Assembly: GCF_014280175.1 (NCBI RefSeq)
Contig: NZ_CP047931.1
Coordinates: 1,350,001 to 1,382,000 of the forward strand
Direction: 5' to 3'
Source: Synechococcus sp. A15-28
Lineage (GTDB): Bacteria; Cyanobacteriota; Cyanobacteriia; PCC-6307; Cyanobiaceae
DNA: 32,000 nt
Part shown: piece after piece, positions 29,159 to 32,000 of the stretch
Layout: each line of letters starts with the position of its first letter
Numbering within the stretch: position 1 is the first letter of the stretch
Translations under genes and position numbers: made by a program
The notes under the pieces: generated by a model
The model's database searches: none
Told to the model about the DNA's origin: nothing
The model's input: the letters and a program-made list of their open reading frames with translations, nothing else

Positions 29159-29682
29159 GACTACTGTCACAAAGGCTATAACAGATGTTTGGGCAGTTTT
29201 TACTGACTGGACAACGACTGGACAAATCAAAGACAGATCGCGCGCGATGCACGCTCAGATCCGACAAATGCAACGCAAGAAGAAGGTTTTGAAGGCGCAG
29301 GGTGTGTACAGAACCCATTGCAGTCCCGTTCAGCCAATGGCTGGCGAGCAAGGCATGCAACTGGACTGGACAAAACCAGGGGTCAAGCCCAGCGCGGACC
29401 GCTAGAGGCCATTGCAAAGCCATACAGCCGCGTCTCTGCGCAGAACGGAGCAGGGGGTATGGGGGAGGTTTGCGGCCGTGCCTATGCGTAAAAGGGGTGC
29501 AGAAATTCCTGTCTGATTTCAAGGCATTTATCTGATGTCAATACAGGCGTCATCAACAGCGTCAACACTGACCTAGTGACTCACATCGTCCCCAAGGTCT
29601 GATTTAAGTGGATAGGGTCCTCGGACACTTAAGTCCACTTCTCTTGAACCGGTCCCCAAATTTCGCCTTCATTGGAGGCACT

Positions 29683-29820
29683 GTGATCATCGCGATCATG
29701 GTCATGACTGCCTTCGCCAATTTGGCAAACGCTGGCGGTTGCCCTTACAGCAAGTCAGCCGAAGCAACTACCCAGAAGATCGACGACACTCAGACCGAAA
29801 AGAAAGAGACCGAGGCTTGA
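29683..29820 (+). CDS. Small exported/membrane peptide (45 aa)
   Basis: GTG start preceded by GGAGG; VIIAIMVMTAFANLANAGGCPYSKSAEATTQKIDDTQTEKKETEA*. The track ORF starts upstream at 29608. Confidence 0.5.
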   Translation: MIIAIMVMTAFANLANAGGCPYSKSAEATTQKIDDTQTEKKETEA

Positions 29821-29894
29821 TCGCTTAGGACAAGCCACAAGCTGTCCCCGCCTAACTGGCACAGTGACTGTTGGGACTCTTATGATTAATTTGT

Positions 29895-29976
29895 GAGGAA
29901 AAACCTCGCGGGTTGGAAACAAGGACACAACCCCGTGAAGTTTCGAAGCCCCTGCCTTTGGCGGGGGTTTCTTTTT
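29895..29976 (+). ncRNA. Yfr2-family-like small RNA
   Basis: GAGG-AAAAA-CCTC hairpin; GGGTT-(GGAAACAAGGACAC)-AACCC hairpin exposing the GGAAACA motif characteristic of Yfr2; terminator CCCCTGCC-TTT-GGCGGGGG then TTTCTTTTT. Confidence 0.75.
29949..29976 (+). terminator. Rho-independent terminator
   Basis: 8-bp stem (one T-G pair), T-rich tail. Confidence 0.85.
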
Positions 29977-30067
29977 GACCTCATTTATCCACAGGGTCAG
30001 TGGATCAAAACTGTGTCTTTGGGTCACAACAGCCGCTTAGAGCACTATCCCTAGTGCTTCAGGGCAC

Positions 30068-30097
30068 AAAAAAACCCGGTGTGACTCGCACAACGGG
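30068..30097 (-). terminator. Candidate Rho-independent terminator on minus strand
   Basis: Minus strand CCCGTTGTG-CGAGT-CACACCGGG (one mismatch) followed by seven T. Confidence 0.6.
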
Positions 30098-30290
30098 CTG
30101 GGTGATGGGGGAAACCTAAATATGGCCTAACCACCTAGTACTGACCAGCCCCACATATGGTGTCAACAAGCGCAGCTCAGATCTGCACCACACAATTGAG
30201 GAACCGTCCTGTTTTGGCACAAATGAGTCCAACGAGGTTAGTTTTGTCGAGTCCGGCCGGGTGATGGGGATCAGCCGAATGGATTAAAGA

Positions 30291-30319
30291 CCTCGGGGAT
30301 CTCTCCGGGGTTTCTTTTT
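30291..30319 (+). terminator. Candidate Rho-independent terminator
   Basis: CCTCGG-GGATCTCT-CCGGGG then TTTCTTTTT; same tail as the 29949-29976 terminator. Confidence 0.55.
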
Positions 30320-30772
30320 GTCCGCCTCGTCGCCGATGTAGATCCAGGCAGCACCCTCCAGGGCCTAACGGCTCCAAGGGAGGGGGGCTACTGAGGCCGC
30401 GAGAAGAACGCTGTCCTTCCCGAGCGATACGACCATCTGCACAACCAAGTTCGCAGCGCTACTGAGCTTCTCGGCGAACGCACCAAGTCTTTTCAAGATT
30501 CCATTGCACAGAACAGTGTCTCCCACGATCGCTCTCGCAGGAGACAGGGGTTCTGCCAGCTTCGGATCGCTCTCCCGAGGCCGTCGCGTGTGGATGAACT
30601 CCACATGTCCGCACAGAGCAAATATGGAGCCAAGCAGCGTGTTTGGCAACACGTCTTTTGGTCATTTTTGGATTCCAGGAAACGTTAGTGAAGGCTTGTG
30701 AATCAGGTATAAGACAACACTGAAAGCTGGAAGTTCACCCTTTTACTTCAGCTCTGTGGTCTTAACCGTCGA

Positions 30773-30988
30773 TCATGTTTGACGTTCCAGACTCAGCAGA
30801 CTGCGCCTGGCTTGAGCGTCCTCTTGCTTTGCCTCTTCAGCTTCGGCGCGTAGAAAACGCTTTCTTTGAGCGGATTCATAGCCACTCAGGTCTGGCTGCT
30901 TCTCCTCGGCTGGTTTGGGCTTTGGCTTAAGAACTGGCTTGGGCTTATCCAAACCCATCAAAAGTGGGTGGATTCCTCTACGACTCAT
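30773..30988 (-). CDS. Small charged hypothetical protein
   Basis: KPKPVLKPKPKPAEEKQPDLSGYESAQRKRFLRAEAEEAKQEDAQARRSLLSLERQT; start may be the internal Met (MGLDKPKP). Confidence 0.45.
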   Translation of the reverse strand: MSRRGIHPLLMGLDKPKPVLKPKPKPAEEKQPDLSGYESAQRKRFLRAEAEEAKQEDAQARRSLLSLERQT

Positions 30989-31344
30989 TTGTTTGATTTG
31001 TTACGCGGTTATCGCGACGTGATCTTCCCGACCCAATCGCATGAATAGATCATGTTGGATCAAAATTTTATTCGTGGTATTGATGAAGACATTTGAAGAC
31101 AACTGTCGACGGCTTAGCGCCTAGGGCGGGGTTAATGGCTTCGCTGTGCTCTCTGGTGCTGGTCCACCACTTTTTTGGAGGATCTTGAACGCCTCGGATC
31201 TATCTGAGAGGCGTGTAACCCTTCTCTCGGTCATCTAGGTCGAGTCGGATAAGACTCTCCGCTCGCCGTAGCCACTTCTGTCTTGATGGACCTGGCGACC
31301 CAAGTCAAAACCCTCTAAAAAACATTTACAGGTTCGGTGTAGCA

Positions 31345-31518
31345 ATGGCTCTTCCCAAGTGGGACACCATGACTGACGAGAGTCAGGCCATGGTCAAGAA
31401 GGTCGGCCTCATCGGTGGTGGAGGCCTCCTCCTGCTTGCCTTCAGCAAGATGCTTTTACCTCTGACCCTGCTCGGCGGAGGTGGCTACGTCGCCTGGCGT
31501 GCCCTCAACAAGAAGTAG
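31345..31518 (+). CDS. Small membrane protein (57 aa), absent from track
   Basis: MALPKWDTMTDESQAMVKKVGLIGGGGLLLLAFSKMLLPLTLLGGGGYVAWRALNKK*. Confidence 0.65.
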   Translation: MALPKWDTMTDESQAMVKKVGLIGGGGLLLLAFSKMLLPLTLLGGGGYVAWRALNKK

Positions 31519-31523
31519 GCGGC

Positions 31524-31670
31524 GTGGAAGACAGCACCAATAAGGCCAGACGAAGACTTCTCATCTGGGCCATCAGCATCAATGTCGTCGCTTGGGGCGG
31601 CTACTTCTATCTGACCAAGGTCATGGGATTCGACTACGAGCTGATGAGGCAGGCCAGGCTGGACGGTTAA
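31524..31670 (+). CDS. Small membrane protein (48 aa), absent from track
   Basis: GTG start, VEDSTNKARRRLLIWAISINVVAWGGYFYLTKVMGFDYELMRQARLDG*; 5 nt after previous stop. Confidence 0.55.
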   Translation: MEDSTNKARRRLLIWAISINVVAWGGYFYLTKVMGFDYELMRQARLDG

Positions 31671-31773
31671 GGAGCTAGAGCACGTCGGGCCTTAGCTGAT
31701 TACCTGTTAAGGGGTTTGAGAGGAGATCAGCAGCTGCCAGGCCTTCTCCTTTGCTGGGGGTTGATTTCGGAAA

Positions 31774-31829
31774 CGCCCCTGATGGATTCGAACCATCGAC
31801 CGACTGCTTAGAAGGCAGACGCGCTGTCA
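31774..31829 (-). pseudogene. 3'-half fragment of tRNA-Arg(TCT)
   Basis: Minus strand GTCTGCCTTCTAAGCAGTC (anticodon arm, TCT at 31810-31812) then GATGGTTCGAATCCATC (T arm) and AGGGGCG; no complementary CGCCCCT 5' acceptor or proper D arm upstream. Confidence 0.5.
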
Positions 31830-32000
31830 GTAGTGCCAGTGCTTATGAGGCACTTTTTCATGCTTGCACGGAACATTTATCTCAGACCTGCCCGTAGTTC
31901 TCGGTAGTTGAACAAAGCCACCTGCCTGCACAAGCATGTGTGCACTTGTTTCCATAGTCCTGAGAGTCAATTGCACCAGCTGATTTCGGGCGTGGTTTGA

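Noticed and set aside
28286-29230. N-terminal extension of the 650-aa ORF containing pheS
   Set aside because: It is antisense to surE; PheS begins at GTG 28285.
30365-30652. 95-aa minus ORF MLPNTLLGSIFALCGHVEFIHTRRP...
   Set aside because: Could be real but has no recognisable domain or ribosome binding site; not listed as a feature without a homology search.
1-32000. CRISPR array, transposon or intact prophage
   Set aside because: No regularly spaced direct repeats, transposase, terminal inverted repeats or integrase catalytic domain seen on reading; only tRNA-linked remnants are suggested.

Overview
The window looks like a marine picocyanobacterial (Synechococcus/Prochlorococcus-type) chromosome segment. 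This rests on gene content and protein style; no database search was run. Most of it is housekeeping: hisG, two ABC transporter genes, an MBL hydrolase, ridA, lexA, argF, ftsH, an SRAP peptidase, an ion channel, ribD, a GH116 glucosidase, a sulfotransferase, cobL, nadK, pheS and surE. Two stretches look accessory. The first, about 6.3-11.2 kb, is lower in GC and sparse in coding. It holds an SPFH/prohibitin gene, DUF1651-like genes, several sub-60-aa ORFs and a tRNA-Ala(TGC). The second, about 29.2-32.0 kb, holds small proteins, a Yfr2-like ncRNA, further terminator hairpins and a tRNA-Arg(TCT) 3'-half fragment. I did not find a convincing complete new multi-gene system, CRISPR array or intact mobile element. 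The best leads are: (1) an AraC-family regulator interrupted by one in-frame TAA; (2) a compact minus-strand trio of 41/45/41-aa ORFs ending exactly in a terminator hairpin, absent from the ORF track; (3) a near-consensus SOS box supporting a shorter lexA start and sitting between lexA and a divergent DUF1651 gene; (4) a Yfr2-like ncRNA followed by more candidate small transcripts; (5) a truncated tRNA-Arg that may mark an island border running off the right edge; (6) an OmpR-family regulator whose receiver has lost its phosphorylation residues.
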